The position numbers and the translations under genes are program-made. This document shows, piece after piece, positions 25,561 through 38,089 of a DNA stretch of 64,000 bases. This DNA comes from Camelus ferus (lineage: Eukaryota): positions 56,482,001 through 56,546,000 of the forward strand of contig NC_045705.1 in assembly GCF_009834535.1 (NCBI RefSeq). The letters are read 5' to 3'. Position 1 is the first letter of the stretch; every line of letters starts with the position of its first letter. The notes beneath the pieces were generated by a model. That model searched no databases and had not been told where the DNA came from. It saw only the letters and a list, made by a program, of their open reading frames with translations.

Positions 25561-27479
25561 CCTAAGCCCTAATTTTGATGGATTCACTTTACTTTTTTTC
25601 CCTTTGTTTCATTTAATGTCTTCAACATTATGAGATTATTTATTCTCATAATTCTGAGCAGATCTTATCCTCCTATTTCTGTAGTGGGGTGGACACTGAT
25701 GTGTACATTTAAAAAAGGAGGTTTACAGAGTCGTCTTTCATTCACTCTTAGTGCAGAAGTTATTTATCCTCTCATTGATGTTCGTTCGTAACTCACAGTT
25801 CTGTTACTTCAGTTGAGGCCCAGTTTAAGGGAAAGTTTCCTTACATTTTTGGTTGCAACATCAAGCACCAAGTTGGCCCCAATTTTGAATGAAGATTTTT
25901 CATGGGAACTTTTCAAGTATTTTTTCACTTGTTACAGTAATAAGGATATTATCTCACTGAGTACTGTGAACCGTGGTATGACTTTTAAAATAATGGTATA
26001 TCCCTATATTTTTGTTTCAATATTTTTCACAAGAAATAAGGAAGAAAACAGTCAATATAAACAGAATATTTAAACAGTCAATAGCAGAAAACTCTGACCA
26101 GGGACATACTCAAATTCTTAGCTTAGGAGGGCCTGAATTATATGAACTTTATGATCACAATTCCCCAGCCCCATCTCATGACGCACCAACTGTCCTTCAG
26201 TATGGTCCTACACTAGCATTATTTCACTTCCTCAAATGAAAGTTCTGTTTCCTTACACCCACTTCTTGCTCAAGAGTGGGCTGGCCAGCTCACCTGTGTC
26301 ATTCTTTATAACCTTCCTAAGAAGAGGCCCAATCTACTATTCACTGAGAAGGAGGCAGAGCTCTGTGAGAACCTACATCAGATAAAAACAGTAATTTGTC
26401 AAACCATCATTCATAACCATGAAAAAACAAAGGGAAGCAACTAATGTGGAAAATATCAGAGCTTGAAAAAGGGAAACAAATATGAGAAATAAGATCAAAT
26501 GGCCCAGTAAAAAACAGGGCAGAAATGAGAGACCTTAGATAAAAAAAATTGTAGCATCATTGAGAACTGAGAAAATCCTGTTGTGTTAAAACAAGAACAG
26601 ATTGCTACAGAAGGAAAGCAGTGTGCAAGCAAAAAAGAATTATTGGAATTAATAATAACGATAATGAGAGTGTGCAAATTTTATGGTTGGTTCTGAAGCA
26701 AGACGGGGAAGAGATAGGAGTATTTTCTTGAATCCCTAAGTCCCCCAGGTGTAAAACACAACAATAATAACAACAAAACCAGAAACTGAGTAGAAAAAGA
26801 GTATTCGTTGTCTTTCTGCACAACATTTTGGAAGAATCTCTCAAGTTGACCATGCATACTTCTTGCATGAGACTTGCATAAGAAAAGGTAAGACACATGG
26901 AGGGCAAAGACAGGCATTCCAGAATGAAGGAAAGGAAGGGGTGGAGCAGATGGAGTAAAGTCAACAGTCCAGGAATACTTCCTAAAAGCCTCTCCTTCTC
27001 CACAAGAATTCTAGGTCTTATTTTTTAGACTCACCTCACCCTCCATCCCTGACTCCCTCCCCTCGCCTAAGTGAGAGTATTAGCAAAGGCCTGTGGCTTT
27101 GCTGCCCTGAGCTGGGATTTCCTTTCTCTTCCTTGGGCTGCCATTGAGGGGATGGAAGAGGGAGGCCCTAAATTCTGCTACTTGGATTCCAGTGAGGTAT
27201 TTATCGATATCATGAGTTGCCTTCTAGAACTGAAGACAGCCTAAAATACTGGAAGAACAGAGGGTATTAACCTCCATTATAAGAGTTCCAGGAAGAGACT
27301 TTTGAGCTGAAGGAGGGCAACTACCCGTGGTCTGAGCTGCACTCCTCCTAGCCTCCTCCTTACACCCTCACAGGTTTTTTCTTCTTACTGCCAAGTCACT
27401 ACCACAGGAAGCTATCTCCTCCCCTTCAAAGTTTGGGCCTAAGATTGTATGAAACTCCTTGAGGCTGTGGCTCACATGT

Positions 27480-27480
<1 letters not shown>

Positions 27481-27524
<44 letters not shown>
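27481..27524. repeat. (GA)22 microsatellite
   Basis: Perfect GA run. Confidence 0.98.
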
Positions 27525-27528
<4 letters not shown>

Positions 27529-28485
27529 GGCCAACGCGGGGAGGGAGGTCTTTCAGCAGGGTGTATGGCACGCAACACGGCCAGTTCCTAGTCTCCGTCC
27601 ACAAAGTCAGGCCCCAGGGTTTGTGCCAGCTCCTACCCCTTTCTTAGCCCTACTTCCTCACCTCCTCCCCTGCCCCCCACCCAGCTCCCAGTCCTTGTTT
27701 CTCCTTTGAGTGCCACTCCGCTCCCCTAGTGCAGGTAGACACCATCCCATAGTTAGCCATTCAGCTTGTTGTCCTGGTCCATCCTGGATTCAGGCAGAGG
27801 GTTGGGGTCTGCAGTTACAGCCATGGGATGTATCTAAGACAGAACCTCACCTGGACACACCTGTCTGCCTCTCACAGCAAACAAAACACCCCAAGAGAGT
27901 GAAAATATTGAAAAAAATAAGAAAAAGTACATCATGAATGCATAAATTATATGTAGATACTAGCCTATCCTTACATAGGCATAAAGTGATTTATATTTAA
28001 TATAAAATTAAAAATGTGTTAGTTTTCTTACTATTTTATCTTTGCTTCCAAAGAACTACATTACCATACAGTATCTCTCTTTCTCTCATAACTGAAAAAA
28101 CTGCGTAACAGCCTATGATCACAGGTAAGTGGTTCTTTTAAAAATGTAACAATGTCTCCAATACTATATTATTAATATGACTGTAATTCTATATGCCATA
28201 AAATTTTATAATGATTCATTCATTAGTGTATAGGCTAGGTTATGGTGAAGCAATCATATCAATTACACTGTGACCATAGAGTAATCATATTGCTGATCAT
28301 TATCAATGCATAAATTGTATACCTATAAGTAAATATGAATTTCTTTTCATATTATCTATTTTTTACATCTAAGGTTAACAATACATATAACACCTACAGT
28401 GTTTCATGTCATATACGACAATATTGATGTAGGTACTGACAGGCAGATGATACATCTTGTAAATAGAATACATAACTTATAATAT

Positions 28486-28622
28486 NNNNNNNNNNNNNNN
28501 NNNNNNNNNNNNNNNNNNNNNNNNNNNNNNNNNNNNNNNNNNNNNNNNNNNNNNNNNNNNNNNNNNNNNNNNNNNNNNNNNNNNNNNNNNNNNNNNNNNN
28601 NNNNNNNNNNNNNNNNNNNNNN
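28486..28622. other. N run (137 nt)
   Basis: Undetermined bases adjoining the Tigger-like element. Confidence 1.
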
Positions 28623-28746
28623 TAAAGCTTGGGGTCAACTGTAGGTTACTAATAATTAAGGTTTTGGAGGAGTGAAAAGTTATATGGAGAGTTTTTACTG
28701 TGCAGAGGTTGGTGTCCCTAACCCCACAATGTTCAAGGACCAACTG
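28623..28746 (+). mobile_element. Tigger2/MER8-like DNA transposon 3' end
   Basis: taaggttttggaggagtgaaaagttata...ccctaaccccacaatgttcaaggaccaactg followed by TA. The other end probably lies in the N run. Confidence 0.65.
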
Positions 28747-29929
28747 TATAACCAACTTGATTTTGAGTTCCTTAGGAGCAGAGCTCTGTGGCCCATAGTT
28801 GTAATCCCAGCACCCAGCACAAAATGCACAAAGTTAATGCTCAGTAAATGTTAAAGAGGCTTGTTTCAATTAATCCGTTTACTATTTCTTTAGGGCAGCC
28901 ATTTCTCCAGATCCAGGTGAGGCACAGGGTACAGCTCAGCCCTCAGCTACCTCTTTCCTTTTTTCTTTGCTCCTGGCCCCATTTGTTTCAGAAATTTTCT
29001 GGACCTCACCCTTCAGAATTTTAGCCATGGCCTGGGCCCTGACATTGGCATGAGGATCCAAAAAATATCAGTCCCCACAGGGAAATCATTTGGAACTGGG
29101 CTTCAGTTGGAGGATTTCCTGGTTGTTTTCCATACAGGCTGGATGTGCCTTTATTTGCTTATTCAGTGTTTAGTAAACACCTAAGTACCAGAAAAAGGAC
29201 ATGGTGCAGGCAGTACAAAGAAAAACCCAAATCACTGCCTTTTGCAGTTTTTGTGTGTGTACATGTCTCTGTGCATTTGGACGAGGGATGAGTACCCCTT
29301 GTTTTGGGGGGGGGGTTGGCGGGGGGGGGTGTTTTGCTTTTCAGTTTCTATAGCAGTTTCTGACCAGGAATTCCACTTCTGCTTCGTCAGTTCCCAGTAT
29401 CTGCTTCTAACTCTAAAGGGGGTTGTGGCAATAGTGATGAGAAGTTGCCTGCTGAAGCTTTGAAGGATAGGAGCTCGCCAGGAAAACTCGGGGTTTTTTA
29501 ATGAGAAACCACTATCTGCAGCCTAGAGCCAGGAGAGGTCGCTCATCTTGCAGGTAACTGCAGAGTCCACTGAATTTGAGTCCCCAGCCCTTCGCTAATT
29601 TGGGTCACAGAACCAGACATGGCTGGTCTCACACGCTGCTGAGTTTAATGTGGAAAACTGTCAAATGAGCAGCATTACGTCCGGCTCTACCACCCGGAAG
29701 GGAAAGGTTCGCCCACAAGAGCCACTAGTCATCCAGAGCGGAAGTGTGAGAAGCAAGGAGTTCCCCGGGCCTGGAGCCAGCTGGGCCTCTGCTAATGCAG
29801 GGCCTGAGCGGCCTCACCCAGGAGCCTCAATCCTTCGACCCGTCCTCAACTGACTCCTGTGCCCTTTTACAGTTTAAAGAACTCTGAGTACGGTAAGGGT
29901 CCAGAAAAACCGAACAGAGAAAACGAGCC

Positions 29930-30480
29930 GCCCAGCCTAGAGGTGCGCGGAGCCCGGTCCCCCGCTCCGATTGGCTAGGGACTTCCCGGTCCCTGTCTGT
30001 GACTGGTTGCTCCCACAAAGACGCCGCCGGCAGGGCGGGCCGCTCATTGGCTCTGGCCCTGTGGGCGGGGCCTCGGAGCCTGTGGATGAGGTGGAGGAGC
30101 GGCCGGCGGCTGGGGTTTTCGTCTCCTGGCCGGCGGTAAGTGCCGCGCTGGCTGGGCCCGCCGCTTCGGATGCTGCGGACACTCGGCCGTGGGAACCGGG
30201 CGTCTCCGTTTTCAGTTTCCGCTTCGGGGCGCTAGTGCCGGCTGAGGAGGGAGGTGGGTATACAGTTGTGCCCCTTCGGAATTCAGAAGTCCTGCTGGCG
30301 GCCAAGCTTATTACTCAGCCCTCACCCGCGCGCTGCCCTCAGGCCCTGCCGGGCGTCATGTGACCGGAGGTTACCACCCCCTCAGCTCCCGAACGCCGGA
30401 GGTCACCACCTTCCCTCTTCCCACTCAGGCCACTCCTCTGGCGTCTCTTCCAGGCTCTGTCCTTTACTCCGCAACTGTCT
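29930..30480 (+). promoter_or_regulatory. TRIM68: CpG island / TRIM68 promoter with non-coding exon 1 ending at 30135
   Basis: GC- and CpG-rich island in an otherwise CpG-poor region. Inverted CCAAT boxes (ATTGG 29970-29974, 30046-30050), GC boxes (GGGCGG at 30033 and 30063), and a donor GCG|GTAAGT at 30135/30136. Confidence 0.8.
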
Positions 30481-31619
30481 TTCTTAGAAGGCTCTCCACT
30501 CTGCCAAATGCAGGGCAGGAGCAATTAAACGTTTAATATTTAAAGTTTTGCCAAAGTAATTTGTGTATGATAAAAATAAGGCAATTGCTACCCGACCCTA
30601 AATCCTTTTTTGCAGGGGCTACCGCTTTTCATTTTCTCATGTTTAGAGCTTTTTATGGCCCTACTAAATCTAAATAATATGCTTCCATCGCAAGTTTTAT
30701 TTTTTGAGGAGGGAGCAGAGAAAGGTTTATTGCAGGGACGGGTGGCTCATGCCCAAGAAAACCCCAAACTCTTCCATAGCATTTCTTGACTCAACATTTT
30801 TGTATTTCTTTACCCCACTTCCCTACTGCCACCATCTTTCCATTTTCAATAGCAGTTTTCATTCTTTTGTTGATCTTTATAGCTTTAAACCATAGATATC
30901 AGCTTCTATTGTGTCAGCTTCAGTTGGTAGCTCCGTATTAGACGAGGGTATTGACATTTTTTCCACATCCAACCTATCAGCTGGACTTCAACATTTCCGT
31001 TATCTCTCATGTCTTCAAAAATATTTGAGGCACTGTTTTTGCCCTTAGATATGGTAGTGAACAAAGTAGACAATGCCACTCATGAAACTTGTACTCTGAA
31101 AAGTAGGACAGTAAACACATACATGTCAAATGACTTTAAGAGCAGGAAGGTGGAGAAGTCATTTCAAACTGGGAGAACAGCAGGAATCCACGTGGGGTGG
31201 AATGAGTGGACATGGGGGCTGCAGGGAAGTGTGGAAGTGTCTCTGTTTGCTTGACTGGGCTGTTTCAGGGTGAAGAGAGACCTTCCTACTGGACTGCGTG
31301 CCAGGGAAGCAGGATAGGCTCTTCAGTACGTTAGTGATTTAGCAAAACAAGGTTTTAGGGTACTGGATCCTACAGTTTGGTAGTGACAGTGGAAGGAGGA
31401 AAAACAGGAGGCAGGGAGGCCAGTGAGGAGGCAGGGCCTGCTAATGGCCTATAACGGAGAGTCCTGCAAAATCTACTGAACCGTCCCACTTCCTTCAGGC
31501 AGCCTTACTGGATTACCCTAAGCCACAATGATTTCCCTCCCCTCTTGAATTGTTATTATACCTTAAAGCTAGGGAGGTTAAGAAATGAACTCACGGTCAT
31601 GTAGGATGGGGAGACTGAT

Positions 31620-31885
31620 TACCAAAGTGGAAAGTATTGGGGAGGGATAAATTGGGTGTTTGGGACTGACTGATACATACTGCTATTATAAAATAGATAA
31701 ACAAGGACCTACTATGTAGCACAGGGAACTATATTCAATTTCTTGTAATAGGCTATAATGGAAAAGAATCTGAAAAAATACGTATTATGTATATGTATAA
31801 CTGGATCGCTTTGCTGTACACCTGAAAATAACATTGTAAATCAACTGTACACTTCAATAGAAAATAAAATTTAAAAAGAAAAAGA
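31620..31885 (+). mobile_element. L1 3' end in TRIM68 intron 1
   Basis: gggagggataaattggg...aacaaggacctactatgtagcacagggaactatattcaat...gctgtacacctgaaa followed by an A-rich tail. Confidence 0.85.
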
Positions 31886-33077
31886 AAGCTAAAGAGGTGA
31901 AGTACTTTGCCCGAGATAGAATTGTGGAGCCCAGGACCAAGCACCTGTAAAATGAGAACAATAGAATAATGGTTTCTGTAAAATAAATTGAGTCAGTCCA
32001 TGTAAAATGCTCAGAGCAGTGCCTGACTTATAGTCTACTCAAGGAGTGCTTGGTATTATTATTAATGCATAATACGCTGTCAATTCCCTAACACGTTATA
32101 AAAACATTTTGGATTTAGAAACTATTTTCTCTGTCTAGCTGATTTATTCATTCAGCAAATATGTATGCAGCAATAACTGCATGACAGCAACCATTTAGGT
32201 GCCGAGGATACAACAGTGACTAAGACCGTCTTGGCTTTTCCCTTTACTGACTGGTAACAGACTTACAAGGTGAACACATAAAAACTGTGCCAAGAGCCTG
32301 CCGTTGATCATTCAAGTTCTGTGTCCACACTTGTGGCCCTGGCAGAAATCTCAAGCTTCTTGCGGTAATGAATTCATAAATATGGGTTTAATTAACATCA
32401 GATGACCTTTGTTTTATCTTCCAAGTGATGTTTGTTCATGTCTACTACTAACATATCCCTGAGGAAAGTGTCTTGGCATGTTAGTGAGTATCACTGCAGA
32501 GGTTTACAGGGGGTGGAGAAGATATTGCTGGTTCCCTTATACCTTACACTGGAGTGTGCAACACGAGAAAGCAAACTGAACATAGAGGCAGTGGGCTTCC
32601 AGCATATTACCTTTTCTGCACCTTGAAGTATGTACATAGACATAGAAACATGCTAGAGAGTGAGGCTGGGGATATTTCTGGCCTTATTTTGGGTACTGAA
32701 ATACCACATGGGTAAGTTCTCTTAAACAGACCAGTGCTGGTTTGGCGAGCATGTGGAGGTAGAATAAGAATGGTCTGGTGAACAAACCCAGAAGAGAGTC
32801 AGAGGTGACCAGGTGAATGAAAACAGAACTCCCAGCATCCCAACGCTCGGACATCCCAAGATGTCCCTTCTGTGGTGTGAGTAGCATGACCCAGTCAGAA
32901 CTTCAGTTGGGAAGGCCAGTGCTTATTATTAAACAAGGTCAATAAAGGGTCCAAATGAGGAAGTTATTTTTTTCAGTCACTAAGTATTCCTTGAATAGCT
33001 CCCTTTTCTCCTCTTCTCAGCGTTCACTGCCTCCACCTGGTTTTATTCACATTCTAAGGAGAGTGTGGTGGGGAGCC

Positions 33078-33503
33078 ATGGATCCCGCAGCACTGGTGGA
33101 AGCCGTTGTGGAAGAAGTGGCCTGTCCCATCTGCATGACCTTCCTGAAGGAGCCCGTGAGCATTGACTGTGGCCACAGCTTCTGCCACGGCTGTCTCTCT
33201 GGGCTCTGGGAGGTCCCAGGAGAATCCCAGAACTGGGGTTACTCGTGTCCCCTCTGCCGGGCTCCCGTCCAGCCAAGGAACCTGCGGCCTAATTGGCAGC
33301 TGGCCAATGTTGTAGAAAAAGTCCGTCGGCTAGGGCTGCATCCAGGGATGGGGCTGAAGGGCGACATGTGTGAACCCCATGGGGAGCACCTGAGGATGTT
33401 CTGCAAAGAAGATGGCCTGATCCTGTGCGAGGCCTGCAGCCGGTCCCCTGAGCATGAGGCCCACAGTGTCATGCCCATGGAGGATGTCGCCTGGGATTAC
33501 AAG
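33078..33503 (+). CDS. TRIM68: TRIM68 coding exon 1 (RING + B-box2; 426 nt)
   Basis: Acceptor ttctcAG at 33019-33020; ATG 33078 MDPAALVEAVVEEVACPICMTFLKEPVSIDCGHSFCHGC...CPLC...CEPHGEHLRMFCKEDGLILCEACSRSPEHEAH...WDYK; donor AAG|GTGGGA. Confidence 0.95.
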
Positions 33504-34596
33504 GTGGGAAATGGAGGCCAGCCCCGCTGGACTCTTCCCCTGCCCCTCACTTGGCTATGTCTAGATCAAGAATTTGACTGGAGCCCCAGAGACAAAATGA
33601 GAACTAATTCCCTTGGCTTCTCACATCCCCAGCTCTGGGGGCCTGCCTGAGAACAGTGAGCCACACCTCTCCTTGCATGAATGACCTCCTTTGACTTCCT
33701 TCCCTCCCATTTCCACACCTCACCCCCAGTCCCAGCATGCCTTAATGCCTAACCCAAACTTGCTTTCTGTACTGAGAATTTGTGGGAGAGCAGTTTGGTT
33801 TAGCTGGGGTTCTGGGTGCCCTGGATGAGGTCATCAAAGTGGTGCGTGTCAGAACCTGCAGACTCCTAGCAGTGCCACAGCTAATCACTCGACATCAGGT
33901 GAGTCATTTTAAACTCATTTTATAGACAAAAGTAGGGCTTAGAAATGTGAGATCACAATTATTGGCTTTAGAGCTAGAAGGAACTGTGGCTGAGTCGTTT
34001 AGGATTGAGTGATAGTGTCCAATCTAATGTTGTAGGGTCCTTTCTGACTTTAGGTTAAGTTAGTCAAAGAAAGATCAAAGGCTAGGACTCGGGTCTTCCT
34101 GCTCTTTGGCAGGTGTTCTTTCTCCTCTCCCTAGCTTTTATTTATTGGAAGAGGTGGTGAGGAGCCATCTCTGACACCTGCTGCTCCTTTTTTCGAGGTA
34201 CCCTCAGCAACTTCTAACTTGTTCTTTCCTCCAGTGTCCATGCTGAGTGTCTTTATCTGAATCATCCCAATAATTCTGTGATCCATTCATCCAGTACTGG
34301 TCTTAATTTTCTCTCTTGAAGTTGAGATTAGGAGGAAATTAGCTGTTTTCCTATGTGAGAAGAATTTCTGAAATACTAAAATTATTTACTTACTCATTTT
34401 ATTTTGGGATTATTAGAATATGGAGGCAGTACAGCATAGGCCTAAGAGTTAAAGAGCTGGGTTAAGTCACAGCCCGGCCATTTACTAGCTGAGTGACTTT
34501 GGATAGGTCAGTTTTCTTGATGAATCTTTGATAAAATGGTTATTGTTATGAGAATACTTTATGCTTTCCAGTAGTAATCTTCTGCGTTAGTATCTA

Positions 34597-34770
34597 GGAT
34601 GGTGCTTCTCACCTTTAATGTGCATATGGGCCACCTGAGGGTCTTGCTAAAATTCAGATTCTGATTCAGGAGGTCTGGGGTGAGGCCCGAGAGTCTGCTT
34701 TTCTAACAAGCCCCCAGGTGATGCTGATACTGCTGACCCACGTGGATCACGCTTTGAATAACAAGGTTTT
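34597..34770. mobile_element. MER5A (hAT-Charlie) in a TRIM68 intron
   Basis: gtgcttctcacctttaatgtgcat...cagattctgattcaggaggtctggggtgaggcc...tctaacaagcccccaggtgatgctgat. Confidence 0.75.
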
Positions 34771-35093
34771 AGGAGGTCATAGGATAACAAGGCAGATAAG
34801 GATAAAAAGAGGCATGGATAGGAAAGTCCAAGGTAGTTTTCTGGCAGGGTTGGAAACAGAGCTTTTCTTCTACTTTACAAACAGTCAGAGGCTGTGGGAG
34901 TTGAACTGATTCTCAGGTGAAGAGACCTTGGATGTTATCTGGACAGGAATCCGCTCCCTCTGTGACATTCCCATTTCTTCCATCGTTCATCCTGGCTCAT
35001 TGCCTGAGGGATTCTTGTTTTCCCATCACCTACCAATGCTTGGAAGCCTGGCTCTCCATCCAGGTGGCCTCATGAGGTTTTTATCTCTTTCAG

Positions 35094-35189
35094 TGGAAAC
35101 TGCATGAGGCTCTGGAACATCTGAGGAAGGAGCAAGAAGAGGCCTGGAAGCTGGAAGTCAGTGAGAGGAAGCGGACTGCCAACTGGAAG
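35094..35189 (+). CDS. TRIM68: TRIM68 coding exon 2 (coiled coil; 96 nt, GC donor)
   Basis: Acceptor tttatctctttcAG; translation WKLHEALEHLRKEQEEAWKLEVSERKRTANWK; the frame-preserving donor is AAG|GCAGGT. Confidence 0.9.
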
Positions 35190-35980
35190 GCAGGTTGCCA
35201 CCTGGGAGAAGGAGTCTCTGTGGTCCTTTGTTGTCTTGGAGGTGGCCCAGGATGGCTTCCTCACCTCTGAGAGGCAGTGTGGGGCCTGAGGTCAGAGAGC
35301 CTGGGGTCCTCGCGCCAGCTTTCTCTACCAGATGTGCTGCCTTACGCAGGCCCTGGAGCCACTTAGTTCAGCTTCTTGACCGTGACGTGGGGACAACTCT
35401 GGGCTTACGTCCTCACGCATGAGAAAGGAGAAGTGCACACCTCGTGTATGCTCTAGCTCACAGTGGTGTTACTAAAGTATTGGAAAAATCATCCGGGAAA
35501 TAAACTCAAGGCCCATAACTATCAAACTGTCAGAACTTTTGACCAATCGAAGATAACACTAAACCAGTCTAAAACATGTTGGGCTGATATAATACTAGGA
35601 AGAAGCAAAAGCATCTAACAGTCTAGTTGTTAAACTGTTTTACAAGCTTAAAGTATAACGCTTCTTGTCAGTGTTCTGAAAATAGAATATATTGTTTGAA
35701 AATGGAAGATAGTCTAGAGCATAGAGTAAGTACCAAGCTAATATCCTGGGCCCTGCTGCGGTCAGTAAGAGCTAGTAGTAGGGACCCAGAAGCCTGTACT
35801 GAAGCTGTGGGAGCAGGAAGGTAAGGAAATAGTATCTTTTGTGTTTGCCCGTGCAGTACCTGGCCCACGGTGGGCAGCACAACATTCAGAGTGTGTGTAT
35901 ATGCACGTGCCACTGTCCTCGCTCCTGGGGGGCCCTTGCACAAACAGTATCTGTGCCAATTTCTGATCTTGGTTCTGTAG

Positions 35981-36241
35981 GTACAGGTGGAAACCCGAAA
36001 GCAGAGTATCATGTGGGAGTTTGAGAAATATCAGCGGTTACTAAAGAAAAAACAGCCACCAGGACGGCGGCTGGAGGTGGAGGCGGCTGCAGCTCTGGCC
36101 AGCCTAGAGCAGGAGGAAGGGGAGACCGTGCAGAAACTGGAGTCGAATCACAATGCGCTCATCCGGCAGAGCCGGGTCCTGTGGAAGATGATCACGGAGC
36201 TGGAGGAGAGGTCCCAGAGGCCTGTCCGCTGGATGCTGCAG
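35981..36241 (+). CDS. TRIM68: TRIM68 coding exon 3 (coiled coil; 261 nt)
   Basis: Acceptor ttctgtAG; translation VQVETRKQSIMWEFEKYQRLL...RSQRPVRWMLQ; donor CAG|GTGAGG. Confidence 0.93.
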
Positions 36242-36683
36242 GTGAGGAGAGGTTTTCCCAGGAACACTGAGCCAGAGCTGAAGATGGCCCAGGACTCTAG
36301 AGAGAGGATCAGCACTTTGCCCGCCAGACATAGCCCCCACACCCACTGTAATGCCAGCTGTTCCGCTACCCCTGGTTGGGTGCGTGGCCTGGCCCATTGC
36401 AGTTGTGGCCTCATGGATGGGGCAGAGTTTAGGCAGCTCTGGCATCATACCAGTCCCTCCCCTCTGGCCAGAGAGTGAGATGGAGCCTGAAGTTGGCCAG
36501 TCCAGCTAGAGCTCAGCCTGCCCTGCACCCCTCTCTAGGCTTCTCCCCCTCTACCCCTGCATGCCTTCTCTCCAGCCTGGCTCTCTGCCTGCCTTTCCCT
36601 TAGAGAAACCCCCTCCCAGAGCTCTGTGTCTCCCTCTGAGGAACAAGCATACTCATGTGCTGCATTTCTTTTTCTCTTTCTAG

Positions 36684-36706
36684 GGTATTCAGGAAGTCTT
36701 AACCAG
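36684..36706 (+). CDS. TRIM68: TRIM68 coding exon 4 (23-nt micro-exon)
   Basis: ttttctctttctAG|GGTATTCAGGAAGTCTTAACCAG|GTATGT encodes GIQEVLT(R). A 23-nt exon is typical of the TRIM5/21/68 family and keeps the frame. Confidence 0.9.
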
Positions 36707-37283
36707 GTATGTTCCCATCTTTGGAGCCCCTAGACAGCCCTCTAAGGGATAGTGGGGCCTGGCCGGAGCCAGAAGTGGGGAAGGAACATAGACTAAGTAC
36801 CTATAGAAAAGTGAGTGCTGGTCCACAATCTTCTCCCTCTTCCATTGTATTGGCTAAGGAAGCTTTGAACATCTTTCTCTTTTCTTCTGTGTACTTGGCC
36901 AGATTCATTTCAGGCATTACCAATAAGAATTTCAGGTAAAGTTGTAAAATGTATGGCTTCAAGTAGATGGCCCAAGAAGGGAAAAGACTGCGGATGTAGC
37001 TTCTAAGTCTGTGTATCAGCTGTTCTCCTCCGTGGTACACCTCTTCCTCTCCCAGAGTCAAATTCACATCCCATCCTCCCCGTGGCCTAGGGATGTGAAT
37101 GTTCTCTGTGTCACAAATCGTCCAGCTCAATCAAATAATCCTCATGTCTCTGCTTTGCCTGGTGTTGCTGGGGAGGGCAACTCACTGACTGTGGCCCTGG
37201 CCAAAACCCTCCTCCCTGTGCTAAGGGAAGGCCCATGTGCAGAGCCAGGACTTATGGCCCCAAGGCCTCCCCCTCTCTATCAG

Positions 37284-37384
37284 GAGCAAGTCTTGGAGCC
37301 TGCAGCGACCAGAGCCGGTCTCACTGGAGCTGAAGACGGACTGCCGCGTGCTGGGGCTAAGAGAGATCCTGAAGACATATGCAG
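37284..37384 (+). CDS. TRIM68: TRIM68 coding exon 5 (101 nt)
   Basis: Acceptor ctctctatcAG; translation SKSWSLQRPEPVSLELKTDCRVLGLREILKTYA; donor CAG|GTAAAG. Confidence 0.92.
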
Positions 37385-37538
37385 GTAAAGAGTGCTGGGC
37401 GGGACTGTGATGAGCAGTGGGGGGACCCCTCCTGAAGGACCGAAATGGTTCCATACCTCTGAGTGCCCTGCCCAGCAGAGACCTCACCCAGGCCCCCTGG
37501 TTCTGGGCCAGGGGACCAACCACAGTCTTTTTCCTTAG

Positions 37539-38089
37539 CGGACGTGCGCCTGGATCCAGACACTGCCTATTCTCGCCTCATCGTGTCTGAGGACCGAAAA
37601 TGCGTGCGCTACGGAGACACCAAGCAGAAACTGCCTGACAATCCTGAGAGGTTTTACCGCTACAATATCGTCCTGGGCAGTCAGTGCATCTCCTCGGGCC
37701 GACACTACTGGGAGGTGGAGGTGGGAGACAGGTCCGAATGGGGCCTGGGTGTGTGTAAGGAAAATGTAGACCGGAAGGAGGTGGTCTATCTGTCCCCCCA
37801 CTATGGCTTCTGGGTGATTAGGCTGAGGAAGGGCACTGAGTACCGGGCAGGCACCGATGAATACCCGCTCCTGTCCCTGCCCGTCCCGCCCCGCCGGGTG
37901 GGAGTCTTCCTGGACTACGAGGCCCACGATATCTCCTTCTACAATGTGACTGACAACGGCTCTCACATTTTCACCTTCCCCCACTATCCCTTCCCTGGGC
38001 GCCTCCTGCCCTATTTCAGTCCTTGCTATAGCATTGGAGCCAACAACACCGCTCCTCTGGCCATCTGCTCCCTGGATGGGGAGGACTAA
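37539..38089 (+). CDS. TRIM68: TRIM68 last coding exon (PRY/SPRY, B30.2; 551 nt)
   Basis: Acceptor tttttccttAG; translation ADVRLDPDTAYSRLIVSEDRK...SGRHYWEVEVG...RVGVFLDYEA...LDGED*. The six exons sum to 1458 nt = 485 aa plus stop. Confidence 0.96.

Noticed and set aside
27368-27709. ORFs with ER/RE or SL repeats
   Set aside because: Translations of the (GA)n microsatellite.
29937-30487. ORFs in the CpG island (122-130 aa)
   Set aside because: Expected from stop-codon scarcity in GC-rich DNA. They overlap the non-coding exon 1 and intron 1 of TRIM68.
32955-33077. 41-aa extension upstream of the TRIM68 ATG, and read-through of exon ORFs into introns (33504-33650, 36242-36478, 37463-37538)
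   Set aside because: These cross clear splice sites. The spliced model gives the expected 485 aa.
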